Of a stretch of DNA of 64,000 nucleotides, positions 34,884 to 49,278 are shown piece by piece. Location: NCBI RefSeq assembly GCF_009914755.1, contig NC_060925.1, one strand, 5' to 3'. The notes below the pieces were generated by a model that saw only the letters and a list, made by a program, of their open reading frames with translations, searched no databases and was not told where the DNA came from. The DNA is from the human T2T-CHM13v2.0 reference genome, Homo sapiens. Within the stretch, counting starts at the first letter, position 1; each line of letters opens with the position of its first letter. The translations under genes were made by a program, and so were the position numbers.

Positions 34884-35092
34884 GTTTACATTGAAATTTT
34901 GAGAGATCCAAAAAGCAGGAACAGAATATTCAGGAACTAAATATTGTAGAACTACTCTGATTAGATATTTTATTGTGCCTAAAGTTTTATTTTAGTGACT
35001 CCTTCCTTATATTCTAAGTTATAATAGGATCACACACAGTATTGTTCAATCCTGCGATTTGGAGGGTAAACTGCTCAGTTTAACAAGATTAC

Positions 35093-35192
35093 CTGAGTTC
35101 CACAGAAATTTGATATATTCACACAGCCAGTTAGCAGAAAAACCATGATAATGTTTTAAAATCTGAATACAAAAAAACTTAAATTTTAAGAT
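35093..35192 (-). other. Candidate exon (100 nt; alternative acceptor at 35162 gives 70 nt)
   Basis: Minus strand ttttcttattttatctttag| (or tttttttgtattcag|) ... ACTCAG|gtaatc; contains Kozak-like atcATGG. Confidence 0.25.
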
Positions 35193-35573
35193 CTAAAGAT
35201 AAAATAAGAAAATAATGCTAACAAATAAGATGCCCTACAGCTGGTATGTAGTGAATATGAGGATGCTGTTTAACAGCTCATTTTCTACAAATTGATCCTA
35301 GACTGTAAAACTTTTCCAACATGCCTGCTAGTGGTTTTCAAAGACACTTAAAAGTGAGCATGGCCCCAATCTAATTCAACAGTGAACCAAAAAAAAAGCA
35401 ATAAAACAGCTGCCAAAAAAAACAAACTCCCCTCTATCTCTACCAACTACCCTTTTCCCTTCTCCCCACCAAGACTAAGACACTTACATATGACCCACGA
35501 ATTGTGTACATATGGGAAAAGAATACTCCAAATTTAATAAAAGTATTAACCTAATATATTGTTGGAATAAAAG

Positions 35574-35779
35574 CAATGATATACTGGAAATGGCTTATGC
35601 AACTAGCAAGAACCAATTGAGCATATTTCTTCCCAAGCTGTGTTCATGGATGGTAAATTTGTAGCTTGCGGTCAGCCATCACAGGAGGATTTATACCATG
35701 AAAATTGGCAAATTCTATAAATCAAGGCTTTTTCTCCTCCCAAAGAACTGACTATTAAACATTTGATAGTATACCACTA
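35574..35779 (+). mobile_element. MER63A-like (hAT-Blackjack)
   Basis: gtagcttg...atttataccatgaaaattggcaaattctataaatcaaggcttt...ttaaacattt..ataccact. Confidence 0.75.
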
Positions 35780-35914
35780 ATTATATTTGATATGATACCA
35801 TTAGGTTTGCTGAAGCTTTGCTCTCCCAAATTGTAATTTTGAAGAATTCTCTTTAGTCCTGAAGATCACCATTACAAGTAGGGGTATTTTTACTTCAGGG
35901 ATTCAACTTGGATT

Positions 35915-36105
35915 TCAAAGTTAGATGGTCAGGATTTGAATTCAAGCCTTGAGTAAATTATTTGCTTTCTCTTAGTCCTATTCTCCTCATTTGTAACATG
36001 AAGATATTAATATACCCAACAGAGAATTACTTGTGAACATTAAACGAAATAGCTTCATGAAATTCTGAGTTCAGAGGCTGGCAGGTACCTGACGTTCAAC
36101 TAAAT
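35915..36105 (+). mobile_element. MIR
   Basis: ggatttgaattcaag-ccttgagtaaattattt...ctcctcatttgtaacatg core. Confidence 0.7.
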
Positions 36106-36338
36106 ACCTCAGCCTCTGTCAAAAGGTGAGAAAGATTGCTGGGGTGTTGATACATGCTGATGGCCAACACCATTCATTTCCTTCTCTGTCTGTCTCTAAA
36201 CCAATAAAATGCAAAAAATGTGGGAGACCAGAGAAAAAGTAAATTGTTAAACATAATTGGTGAAATGTTTCAGAATACTAAGGAAACAGTCATTCACACC
36301 AAGGGCCAAGTGATTCATCTGAACCACAAATGTTACCT

Positions 36339-36491
36339 CCAGGGCTGGCTACCGAATTTGTCCAGGGCAAAATGAAAGTGTAGGCCCTATTGTTCAAAAA
36401 TTATTAAGAATGTTGAGAGAGTTGCAGTGCAGCATTCAGAATGCAGGGCACTGTGGGACTGCACAGCTTGCATGCTCCTAAAGCTAGCCCT
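36339..36491 (-). mobile_element. MER45A (hAT-Tip100)
   Basis: cagggctggct...agctagccctg TIRs; degenerate 8-bp TSD gttacctc/gttacttg; second short fragment near 37555-37620. Confidence 0.82.
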
Positions 36492-36884
36492 GGTTACTTG
36501 GTTTCTCATCCTTCTTTCACTGCCCTCGCCTCTTCCATCACTTTGCACACACACCCACAGTCATACTTCCTCATTTTTTGTTTTCTGATGCATGATAAAG
36601 ATTTTGCAATCTTTTTGCAGCACAGATAGCTTGATATGGCTGTCAATGCCAGGGGAAAAGGACATTCGCTTCTGGTTTGTGGTCCTCTCTTCCTTTGTGT
36701 TCCTTTTTTTATGTTCACTTAAAAACAGTCTTCCAATTGTAAAAGTTCTTACCATCTACTTAACAATATTTTGGCCTATGAAGGTAATTTTGAAAACATT
36801 TGACATAGCCCATATACAATTTTTGAATGGTGCTTTTAAAATTCATCATTACATATCATGACTTTAACTCAAAAGCAGCATCTA

Positions 36885-37440
36885 TTTCTTTTTTCACTTT
36901 TTTTCACTTTTAGATTCAAGGGCACATGGGCAGGTTTGCTATATAGGTAAATTGCATGTCTCAAGAGTTTAGTCTACAGATTATTTCATCATCCAGGTGA
37001 TAAACATAGTACTTGATGGGTGGTTTTTTGATCCTCTCCCTCCTCTCACTCTCCACCCTCAAGTAGACCCCAGGGTCTGTCGTCCCTTCTTTGTCTCCAT
37101 GTGTACTCAATGTTTAGCTCCCACTCATAAGTGAGGACATGCAGTATTTGGTTTTCTGTTCCTATGTGAGTTTGCTTAGGATTATGCCCTCCAGCTCCAT
37201 CCATACTGCCGTAAAGGCCATGATCTCATTCATTTTTATGGTTGTGTAGTAGTCCATGGGGTATATGTACCACATTTTCTTTATCCAGTCTACTGTTGAT
37301 GGGTATTTAGGTTGATTCCCTGACTCTTCTGCTGTGAACAATGCTGCGATGTACATACATGTGAATGTGTCTTTATGGTAGAATGATTTATATTCCTTTG
37401 AGTATATAGCCAATAATGGAATTTCTGGGTTGAATAGTAC
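36885..37440 (-). mobile_element. 5'-truncated older L1PA 3' end (antisense)
   Basis: Antisense ORF2 C-terminus (YIAALFT..NQPKYPSTVDWIKKMWYIY) plus 3'UTR. Confidence 0.9.
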
Positions 37441-38182
37441 TTCAAATGCAGCATATATTTCAAGAAAAAATATAAGCTGTGGAGAAAGACAAACTGAGGC
37501 TTTGCCAACTATTAGCTGGATGGCAATAATTATAAATTATATTTAAATTACATATAATTTGTTCAAAAATTATAAAGAACTTTAAGACAATGACAGCAGA
37601 GCATTAACACAAGCATGGAACATATTACAACACACAAAAAATTTATAAACTACTTGACAATCTGTTTTGTCATTTGTAAAAGTTATGAAAGCTTAGGACA
37701 TAAAGTTTTTAAAAGTGCCTGGCACATATTTTTTCAAAATTACCTATCACAATAGGTATATAGTCACATTGTTACAACTTAAGGTAACTTTCAATATTCT
37801 AGCTTGGGGTCCCATTGTTTGCAAATAATACTAAAACAACAAGAAATAACACTTTGACTCCTTTAGCATATTTGGAAAGGTGAAAATGCTTTCATCTGTG
37901 AAACTCTAGCTGTTAATTAAAGAGCAAAAGACAAGGACAAAATGTATGTAATAAACATATGTAACTAAAGTAACTAAAAATTAGTAAGGCTATAAACGGA
38001 GCAGCACAATCAGAACTCCACATCATTTATCTAAGTAAACAACTTATTGTACCCCTCTGCCTTATTTTCTTCATCTATGCAAGTGAGAAAATTGGACTAA
38101 AAAGCTTAAAGCTTTTGCTTTCCCTCAAGGAGCCATACTGAAGAGGGAGAGAACTCAGAAAGGGTATCCCAAATGGGTACTA

Positions 38183-38261
38183 TTAGGTTGGTGCAAAAGT
38201 AATTGTGGTTTTTGCCTTTAAAAAAAATGGCAAAACCACAATTACTTTTGCACTATCGTAA
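38183..38261. mobile_element. MADE1 (Hsmar1-derived MITE); miR-548-type hairpin
   Basis: ta|ttaggttggtgcaaaagtaattgtggtttttgcc...ggcaaaaccacaattacttttgcactatcgtaa|ta; TA TSD. Confidence 0.95.
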
Positions 38262-39025
38262 TACTTCAGTGGAGTTACTGGGTTCCAGGTTCCGGTCCTC
38301 ATGTTTTTATAATCAGAAACTCTTTTATGAGTATATCCTACCAATTAACCTCAAAGAGATTTATTCAGGCAAACTAAAATCGAGGAATCTAGTTTTATAA
38401 ACTAGAACACCAATTATTAAATTACAATAAAATAAGTAATGCCAGATTAACAGTCTTTGATCATTTGCTCAGAGTGTTTCTTCCTGGTAGATCAGTTTAC
38501 CCAGAGCCTAAATTATAGGTGAGAAGTTTGCTTGAAGAGCCCAGAATCAGAATATAAGAGTTCAATTGTCATTAACAAAGCTTAGCTACGTGAATTGGAT
38601 TGCTTCTCTTCACACCGGGAATATTTTTCCCCAATAATCAATATTAGCTTTTTGGAACTAGAAGGACATCTCTTCTGTACTTCCCTGAACACTATTTACT
38701 ATCCTATACATAGCTTTTTCTTTTAACCTCTGCATAGAATGTCGTCCTTCTATTAATAACCCTTTTATCATTCAGTTACGTTGTAATGTAATTGATTAAG
38801 TCATCTTTTTGTTACATCTCAGGCAGTGAACTATACTCCAGTCACAGGGGTTGACCTGGGCATTTTAATCCCCAAATTTACAGATCGTCTTTTGGAGAAA
38901 GATAGTGTCATAGAGATGTACAGAAATTCAGAACACTTATGTTGGGATCAAACAGAATTGGCTTAATACCTAAGCAAATTGAGGCAAGTTAAGTAACCTC
39001 TCCAAAGCTCAAAATCCTCATCTGA

Positions 39026-39320
<295 letters not shown>

Positions 39321-40773
39321 AAAATCCTCATCTGTAAAATAGAAATAATAACACCTACTTTTTGGGTTTGTCAAGAGGATAAATGAGATTATATATATAA
39401 AAGTTCAATGTTTGGCCCAAAGTAAGGGCTCAACAATGAATATATATAGCCATCAATACTTTCAAACATTATACACTGTGTTTTGGCCAACATCCATCTT
39501 CCAAGTTGGCCTTTATATTCTTTTACCTCAAAACTGGGGGGAGGGGGGCACCTATACACCCTTTATGTCTGGAGCACATTTCAGTATTCACTTTCTTCAA
39601 GTCAACACATACAAAGGCAAAGGCAGGTGAACTTTCAAAGGCAATATACTCTTCATAAACTGAAAACCAATGAACTATAAACTCACAAGCTAATAACTAA
39701 TTATAGCTTTTTGTTTTGCCCATTCTGGCAACGTATTTTGCTATTTCCTCACACTGCAAATGTTACTCTATTGAACCCATCAGTTCATAAAAACAAGTTC
39801 AGCATCCCCTTGTCATATTTAATATAAATCAACTGTACCATGAAATTTTGTTTTGTTTAAGCTCATGATAGTTACCAGTGTAGACCATGCAAACTTTGGC
39901 CTTTTAACTCCAAGACCATTTTTCATTCTATTTCTTTGTTAGGAGGATCTGTTTGTGTATAATTAAATGTGGCTTTCTTAAACTTTTACAGTTGGTAGCT
40001 TAATGTATTTTTGTTTTATTTCGAGTACAAAGGCTACATAATGCTTTTGTTGGCATCAATTCTAGTTAATATGCCAGCTACATAATTTTGTTCTCTGCAA
40101 TATGTCAGCATTTGAGTGCCTTGGGCTCAACAGGTGGTGCTAGATAAGGTTCTGGCAAATCAAATAAGTAATGTGGTTATTTCTTTTGTCAAATTATAAT
40201 TAAAAACAGAGTCTATGTAAAATGAGACTTACATTTTCCTGTTTTTAAAAGGGCTCAACATCCAGCACAAATCATTTTCTATAACAAAGACCCATTAGTA
40301 AGGAAGCATATTGTCTGCATAAATATGCAACACCTTCTGATCTGCAGTTTCATTGGTCTCTGTAAAGTTTATTTTGAAAATCTGATGTGTAAGCATTGCT
40401 TCATAAGGTACTGACTTTTCCGCTCTTCTGTAATTCAGGAGTATGAACTTAAGCCCATGCCAAAAATTTAAGAGGAAATTTAAACATTCTTATCTACTAA
40501 GGTATAGAATATTAAGAAACTCTGTGAACATTTTTACTTAAATCATTTGCTTAAAAAACTTTTCTTTGTGTACTGTGGTATCCTAGTCCTTGATTATAAG
40601 AGAGCAGGGGCCAGTGCTTCCATAATCAAAAAACTATACAGATCCTTAGCCAAAGAGTTAGGTTCCTCTCCCATAATTTAATATCCAGCACTGCCAGATA
40701 GCTGAGCACTGCCCTATAGTGTGATGGGATATAAGAGACTCATATGCCTGATTATGTCTCTGAAAGTTCTCCC

Positions 40774-41358
40774 TGTGAAAGTTGTTCCTGCAGGACAGGC
40801 ATATGTGCTGCTTGGCCACCTGCTCCTGTGCGCTCAACACCATTTCAGAAGACACAAACCAGCGTAGGGCAAAATGTCCCTTATAGTAATAAGTTAAAGC
40901 ATACCCTGAATGTGTATGCTTTGGAAAATGGACCTGAATGTGTATTCTGAGCTATGGAATCCAGCAGTGGCCAACACAGAGACTCGTTTCTTGTCTATGA
41001 GGACCATCCGAGTCCCTAGCCCATTCCATGGAACACAGGCTGTACAGGGTATTGAGGCCTTCAGTCTTGGGTTAAATGAAGGTTGCCAGGTGGAAGTCAT
41101 TAAGGGAAGAGTGTTTAGTGAAAACGTTGTATAAACGGCATGTTATCTGCAAGCAGTTGCAGTTTTCCTGCCCAGCCCATCACCACTGGACTATAGGTAA
41201 GGCAGATATCTTGTCCAGCTCACTGCCATTGGAACTCTCTCCCCTGTATGTAGCCACCTAATAAAACCCCATGTTTCATTTGCTAGCTCTGGGTCTCTTC
41301 TTCCCCCTATTGAACCTGATGCCTTCCATATTGAGGGTAATAGGGGTTTGGCACAACA
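40774..41358 (+). mobile_element. MER54-like ERVL solo LTR
   Basis: gggttaaatgaaggttgccaggtgga, tataaa, aataaaacccc, terminal aataggggtttggcacaaca. Confidence 0.78.
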
Positions 41359-43274
41359 CCAGACTGTTGTCATATGCCTCCTCTGTTCCCAAAAAGAGGC
41401 CAGCATTGCCTTTCCGCAAACCAGAGTACGTTAATATTCTGGTTTGAGTTTTACTGTGCCAAAATCAAGAAATTTTAGCAAAGGAATCCATTATGTAGTT
41501 CTTTTATTTCAAAAACATTCTGATCCATTAATTTTTCTGTCCCCATATAACAGTTATCTGAAGAAAAATCAAAGCAGACCAAAAGTATTCATCATGATAT
41601 GTGGGAATACCAGGTTGTTTGGCATAAAGAAGATTGAATAAAACTTCTCCAGGTGGTCAGACTTCAACATGAAGTATCTATTTCTCTACTTTCAACTGAA
41701 TTTTCCTTTATGCCCTGAAGTTAGCGCTACCTCAGTCAAATACATTTTTATTTTTTCCTAAAGATATAAGTTTCCTAATGTCTTCATATAACTAAGACTC
41801 ATGAACTACTGTGTATAAATGTTCCTTAGTTCTAAGATAAAGACTTGCAGATTTGGCAGACTAAACAGCATCTATATTTTGTGTCTACATTTGGCTTTAT
41901 TTATAAAAAGTATGGTGTATGTCTGATTACAGATCAACAGAAAAAAAGGTTTCCAGACTGAAAGGCAAGATAATTAAATGTTGCATAGATTTTTAAATTA
42001 AAGTTCAAGCAAATTGAATGCATATCACATATGAAACATGAAATCATGCTTCTAGTCTCGAGACTACTGTTGTCAAGCTGGGCAAATGGGAAAATCATTT
42101 CTCTGTTGCTTTATTGGTTTCTTCATCTGTAAGAATGAGGACCTGGACTAGAACTAGAGTTGTCCAAACATTTAAAAGCAATATCTCTCTTTCTTCAAGC
42201 TAAAAACAGCAAACCATAAACCTAATCTACACAGAAAAATGGGCAAGTTCCCCCGCACTTTTACTTCTCCTCCTGCTTGGGCCCCCAACACCACCCCTGG
42301 CCTAGAAAATACTTAAGATTCCAAGGACTGTGAACCAGCTTAATCTCTTGAGTTGCTGGCCCAGTTCTACAACTCCCTAACTGTAGCATTGCAAAATACC
42401 ATGTGTTTTATACACACTTTACAGAGTACACCGCTTCACTTTGCATTCCTCTCAATCTTCTGAAGTAAGGAGGATGGCTATCCTTATTTCTATTTCAGAT
42501 GTTGAGAAAGCGGGACCTCCGAGAGATTAAGGTAATCTCTAGATAGGCAGTGAATAAGGGCTGAAACTAAAGTTGCAAGCCAAAACCTCTCTGTACTCTG
42601 TTTCCTACTTAATACCCTTTCCTATATAGCACAGTCATAGGTTTTATTGCTTTTGATTTTTGCATGTTTCAAATAAGCCGCTCAAATTTTGACCATAAGA
42701 ACAAAGACAAAACTTTACTGAGGGTAAGAAAGAAACAACAAATAAATTACCAAATTCAATAGGCTGAATGTGGTCATTGAACCTTTCACCATTCAATGTT
42801 ATGCTAAAAAATAATTGCTAGGATTATTGACTATAATCCTCATAGGGTTTTAATTCTGATGTTTGCGCTTTAGCTATTTCATATTGAAAGTGTCTAACAC
42901 CACATTAACACTACTCCATTAAGGTGTCCGATGGGCCAAAATCCTTGTTCCACTTTCTAAGACATTGGGGTAATATCAAAGAGAGAAATCTACCATTGTA
43001 AATCAATTCTCTCCATATTTCTTTATAAACATACCATTCCAATTAAAATTCTAACAGGATGTCTTTTACTCTTAAAATTATTCTAAATTTGAACTGAAAA
43101 ATAACATGTGAAAATAGCTACAAAACTCTGGGAAAAAGAAAAGAATAAGGACATTTTAGTATCGAGTGTTAAACATAGTGTAAACATGCACTAATTAAAA
43201 CAGTGAAATACTAGTACAGGAAGTAGATAGATGAATAGAAGAAGTGAGTAGAAAAACCTATAAGTAAACTAAAG

Positions 43275-43748
43275 CAGTTCTCAACATGTGGTCCAAGCAC
43301 CCCCAGAGGCTCCTGAGACCCTCTCAGATGTCTGCAGGGTCCTCCCTTAGTCAATTATATATCACCTGCGTGATACCTGATTTTTTTAAAGGAAAACAAA
43401 ATATCACAGCAGATTGAAGTAGCAGATATGAGAATCCAGCTATCTTCTCCTATGAGACCAGACATTAAAAGATTCGCAAAAACACTGAAATAATGCCACT
43501 TTTCTCAGGAGTTTTCTTTGTAGAAAAATAAGGTTACTTTTCATAAAAATATGCTATTATGTTAACATGTAATAGGTTTGTTATTGCTGTTTTTAATGAA
43601 TTGATAAAATTTTAAGTATTTCTTAGTTTTAATTTCTAAAGTGATAAATATCAATAGCTATAACTCACACAAACTAAAGCTCTGTGAGATGCTCAGAAAA
43701 TATTAAGAGTTCAAAAGCATTTGCAGCCAAAAAGTTGAAGAACTACTG
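43275..43748. mobile_element. hAT-Charlie non-autonomous element (Charlie4/7-like) inside an L1M ORF2 relic (~43000-43850)
   Basis: cagttctcaacatgtggtcc...agcagatatgagaatccagct...ttgaagaactactg; degenerate 8-bp TSD aactaaag/gactaaat. Confidence 0.78.
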
Positions 43749-44241
43749 GACTAAATAATATATCAAAGCTTAATATTTGGTAAAAGGCAACACTTCAAAC
43801 TAGTGGGAAAAGGATGAAGTATTTAATATTGTTGAAACAAGAACCCAGTTGTCTGGGAGAAATGTGCCTCTGCATCTAAGCAGAGCCAAAACAACTTTCT
43901 GAGAAGAATCTCCTCAATTTCAGATGAATTTCTAGCCCCAAAGAGCATATAAGAAATTTAATCTTAATCCCAATTGGGGCTTCCCATTTTTTTCCCATGA
44001 TTATGGCAATATCCAGCAGCATTAGTGCCAGAGTATCATCTTTTCACACCGGGTACCATGGTGACAACCACTGTCTCAACCCACAAGGTCCCTTCAAGGT
44101 CAGTGCCTTTAGACTGTACCAATTGCCCAGGGACCTTTGTTGAGGCTGGGAACCACCAACCATTCCTCTCTGATTTTCAGTCACCTTCCCAGGATGCTGC
44201 CAGTACAGAGGGTACCTACACCTCACCAGGACCTACAAGTC

Positions 44242-44689
44242 TGTAGGACCCTTTTCCCTGACCTAGCCCAGGTGTTTATTTTCTGTACTTGACCATTTGG
44301 TATCCTTCCATAGGCCACACTCTTAACTGCTGCCCTTGCTTACCACTCTGGGCCTAGCTGTGTCACTTCCCTTTTATAGGGGTGTGCAGTTTATAGTGTA
44401 CAATGACCAAGTACATTTAAACACATCTGTATCTTATGCCTACAACAAGGCAAAACATTTTTCCCTACTTCTCACTGTAACTGCAATAAAGACTTTAGCT
44501 CCTAGTTCCTTCTTCTTCCCATTCACTTGGCCTTGGTGTTGCTCATGTGGCCCTGTGTGGATGCCATGACTCCCCACCTCTCTAGGGAGCTGTGAGTATA
44601 AATAACTTCTTCCTTCATGACAATCACTTTTGTGTCTGTGTGTCTTACCACACCTAACTAAAATAAATCCCAGATACCATGTAAAAACA
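44242..44689 (+). mobile_element. Old ERVL-type LTR (MER73/MER74/LTR53 group)
   Basis: TG...CA; tgtttattttctgta; ggccctgtgtgg...ctctctagggagctgtgagtat. Confidence 0.5.
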
Positions 44690-45954
44690 CCTGGGAATTT
44701 CCTTTTAGTCTAGATGTCTTTCCTCTAGCTTCCTGGTCCCTTTTAATGCATCCAAATGGTTTTTGCCAGGGGTCTTGTACTGCTGCGAAGCCAGATTTTG
44801 ATAACTCGCTTCTTCGTCATTCCTGAGCCTGAATCCAGTGATTCTACTTCCATCTTTTCTGCTTTCATCTTTGGTTTTTGGTATCTTGCCTGGAACCTTG
44901 CACCTTTCCCAGCTTTAGGTACGGTCTTATTTTTCAGCTCCCTCATCCATCTAATGGGGTCTTATTACTCGAGAATAAAACCTCCCTTACGTCCCGTTGT
45001 TCATGTTAGCTGGTTTGCTCTTCAGCTTCACCTTGATTGACGCATCAAGAAATATCTATTGAGCACATATTAATTCCAGGTATTGTGCCAGGCATTGAGT
45101 ATCTATCAGTGAAACAAAGAGACATGGGCCATGATCTGTAGTAAGATCATGCATTCCGAATTCTTCACTCTCTGCTAGAATCTACCTCTGTCTTCAACCC
45201 TGCTCTTCACCCTGTGACACTCCGTGGTTATTTGCCTGAGCCTGAAGGGATGGTGTAAACGTGTGTTTGGGGCTGCCCTTTCATGTTTTCCTACCCATAT
45301 AGGTAATTGTAGTTTCAGGTCTTGATGTCTTCTGCCTCCCCTCTCCTGAAGATCACTGAGTTGGCCTAGCAGACGCCTGAAGGCAGGAAGAGGTGACATT
45401 TTGTATTTGAGGAAAGCGAGAAAGGTTTGGAGCAACTACTTTCAAGAATGAAATTAATTACTTTAGAATAGGAAATTAACTGGCTCAGCTCAGGTTAATT
45501 AATAGCTCAGTTGGGGCTGCAAATATACACGTTATTAATGTAATTTTCAATAGAATGTTATTTATTCATCTCAGCCTGTTTGTGGCTTAACACAAATTGG
45601 GGATAGGGATGAGGAGGTGTGGAGGGGAGAAAATGAAAGGAAAAACTAACATGTACTTCACTCCAGTTATATTACAAAATATTTATTTCATTTAATATAT
45701 CACTCCTATGAGATGGTTACTACTATCAACAATTCATATAAGAAAACATAAAAATTAAATAATTTACCCAGGATCACACAGGGAGTAACTGATAGTCTTA
45801 GGACTAACCTAAGTCTGTATGGTACCAAATGTATAGCTTTTAGGATACTTTGTAGCATTTTAAAATATATGAGTATTTATATGTGAAATGCTACATTCCT
45901 TATCTATACATTTTCAGATGTGATGACACAATGACATGCAAGCTCCTGCAGCTG

Positions 45955-46118
45955 AGTGTCTCTCAAACTATAATCACTATATGAATCACCTGAGGATTTT
46001 ATTTAAATGCAGATTCTAATTCAGTAAGCCCAGAGTGAGAGCGAAGAATCTGCATTTCTAACAAGCTCCCAGGTGATACTAACACTGCTGGTTTATGGAA
46101 CACACTTTGAGTAGCAAC
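45955..46118. mobile_element. MER5A/MER5A1 (hAT-Charlie)
   Basis: gaatcacctg...aaatgcagattct...agaatctgcatttctaacaagctcccaggtgat...cacactttgagtagca. Confidence 0.85.
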
Positions 46119-47281
46119 ACCTTAGTCCACTCCCCTAGATTTTAAAGAGAAGAAAACCAAGGCTCACATAAGATGAGGAGACTCTGATAGCAAATTAATT
46201 AGTGACAGAGCCAAACAAGACCAAAAAGTCCAGTGTTCCTTTCATTATGTTCTTTACATTACATAAAATATTACTTAGGATTACAAAACACATCAAATAT
46301 ATTCAGTTGCTCTGTTTTTGCACTTGACAATAAATTTAAAAACTAGAAACAATGTGTATTAACGATAAAACTTGCTGCTTTATCCTTTTAAGAATAAAAA
46401 ATGTTAAGTGTAATTTTAAAAACCATAGATACACATCTTCTGGAGAACATATTTATCATGTATTGAATATGGAAAGTAAAATTGCTATTAAGCATATAAT
46501 TTACTACAGAGCTTGCAAACAAATTACACTTATTTTATGGAAATGCTTCAATTTTTATTTTGTTTTGTTTTTACTTAAGACGCTATTTCACATGTAAAGG
46601 GCTTTTTGCAATGGTCTAAATCTTTCTCTCAACAATAAAACCTTATGTGATTTTTAAAAAATAATTCTCCAAGTCTCAAATACAGCGTGCGTAATGTTAG
46701 AAAATGCAGTAAACCAATATAAATATGCATAAACAAATATGTAAATGTAATTGTTTCCCAGCTTTCATGAATGTTACATATTAGAGAATAACATCTCCAT
46801 GTTTCTCTTGGCCCCCAGGGGTAATTTTTTTTAATTATACATGTACATGTCAGAACTGAATACACCAGCTGATGTTCATGAGGAATTTAAAAATTTGAAA
46901 AGAAAGAAAAGTTGTGGAGATTTTTCCACTATTTATATTCAAGTGTGTAAGTAAAGGCATCACCTTAATTAGGGTAGTCACCACATTAAGGTATGATTTT
47001 TTAGACTAAAATTATTTGAAATGATGCACAGTTCAAGCAATTGTGGGATATAATCAAGGCAAAACCTTTTTTATGAAAAAATATAATTAGCTATATCATC
47101 AAAGACTAAATAGAAAGAGAATACATTGATTTTACTTGTTTTTTGTTTCTTTTTGGAAATGTTAATTATATTTGTCTTTTAGCAGTATGATAACAAGTAT
47201 CTTGAATACACTTAAATTGCCAGTTGGCCAATATTTTAGTATATCAGTTCTCCAAACCTGACCCCACTCCCCTTACCTCTC

Positions 47282-47579
47282 TTTTTTTTTTTTTTTTGGA
47301 GATGGAGTCTCATTCTGTCACCCAGGCTAGAGCGCAGTGGCGCGATCTCGACTCACTGCAACCTCTGACTCCCGGGTTCAGGCAATTCTCCTGCCTTAGC
47401 CTCACAAGTAGCTGGGATTACAGGTGCTCACCATCAAACCCAGCTAATTTTTGTATTTTAGTAGAGAAAGGGTTTTACCATGTTGGCCAGGCTCATCTCA
47501 AACTCCTGACCTCAAGTGATCCGCCTGCTTCGGCCTCCCAAAGTGCTGGGATTACACGCATGAGCCACCACGCCTGGCC
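47282..47579 (-). mobile_element. AluSx-like
   Basis: Antisense Alu; TSD ctccccttacctctctt. Confidence 0.95.
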
Positions 47580-47764
47580 TCCCCTTACCTCTCTTGAAAA
47601 GTTTCATGGCATGTTCCTATTAATTGATTTTGTTGTTCTTTTGATATTAATTTTTATTTTTTACTTGTTTTTGGTGAAGATCTGTTTGAGGAGTACCTCA
47701 AAAGAAGTTGCTAAACCATTGCCTGAAAACATCTCTGGCTGTCAGTTACAATGGTGGACTACAA

Positions 47765-47935
47765 TAATGGTTAAGAGCACACATTCTAAAACCAAATGGC
47801 TAGGGTTTGAATCCTGGCACTACCAAGGAGCTCTGTGTCCTTGGGCAAATTGGAACTCTTTATGCCTCAATTTCTTTATCTATGAAATGGGGTTAATAAT
47901 AATACTTACCTTATGTAGTTATTTGGAGGATTAAT
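47765..47935 (+). mobile_element. MIR
   Basis: taatggttaagagcac...gggtttgaatcctggc...ccttgggcaa...tgcctcaatttctttatctatgaaatgggg. Confidence 0.85.
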
Positions 47936-47983
47936 CTTGATAAATACCAGTAAACCAATTGCCCATTGAAAGCAATTAATAAA

Positions 47984-48123
47984 TGATGATGATCATGATC
48001 ATGATCATGAAGAAAAGGAGAAGAGAAGGAGAAGAACAAAGAAGATAAGAAAATGAAGAGAAAGATGAAGTAAAGGTGAAAAATGAGGAAGAGAAGAGTA
48101 GAAAGAGAAGGAGAAGAAATGAA
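47984..48123. repeat. (GATCAT)n / GA-rich low complexity
   Basis: gatgatcatgatcatgatcat followed by gaa/gag-rich purine tract. Confidence 0.85.
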
Positions 48124-48136
48124 AAAGTTGTTTCCA

Positions 48137-48501
<365 letters not shown>

Positions 48502-49278
48502 TTAAGCAATTTTTTCTCTACTTAATTTTTCTCTTGATAATTAAATTTTTTTCATTTTTATCTTGAGAAAATGTAACCAGCTCCTTGACGCTCAGTTTTC
48601 TCATCTATAACATTTGCCTCATATTTAAAGGTGTTGTGAGGATAAGATGAAATAATATACGTAAAAGTGTATTTCAAAAATTTTAATGCTATAACATTAT
48701 ATTATGATGTATTATATATAGTATGTATACTATAATATAGTATATTTTATATATATATACCATATTTTCTGTATAATTACACAATAGTTTAAAAACTTGG
48801 ACTTGAGACTTCTTGCCTTTAGCTATTTATATTAAAATTTCCCGTTAATCTTTGGGATAACTTTTTTCAAATAAAAGGATTAGAATAGGAATGACATCTT
48901 ACTGTCTGCTATCTAAAGCAGTAACAAGTGCATACTGGGAACCAAAGACTTGAAAAGAAAATGATGTGGGAAAAATAAACCTTGTCAAGATACATTGGTT
49001 GTGTCCTCAGTGCTATCAAACTAACAAATTATTTACTAGCAATTAGTTGGCCAAGAAAAAAGCATGTGATGTCCAAAAAAATGAAAAATGGTAAAATTTA
49101 AGAATAGTTTGTGTTTCTTTTCATTGTATTGGTAGCCTATAGCCTTAATAAAAGTCATTGGAATTTTCAAATAGGTTATATATAACACTTAATCTTATAA
49201 GTATACAAAGTTGTCAGTAAAAACTGCATTGTGCAGCACCAAGTACATTGAATGTTCCCAATAAAAATGTTAGTTACA

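Noticed and set aside
44743-45040. Overlapping ORFs of 67 aa (-) and 94 aa (+)
   Set aside because: Short, no recognisable domain, no supporting splice structure.
47224-47934. Longest ORF in the track (236 aa)
   Set aside because: Non-ATG start; read-through of an antisense Alu, AT-rich spacer and MIR; typical Alu-derived pseudo-peptide.
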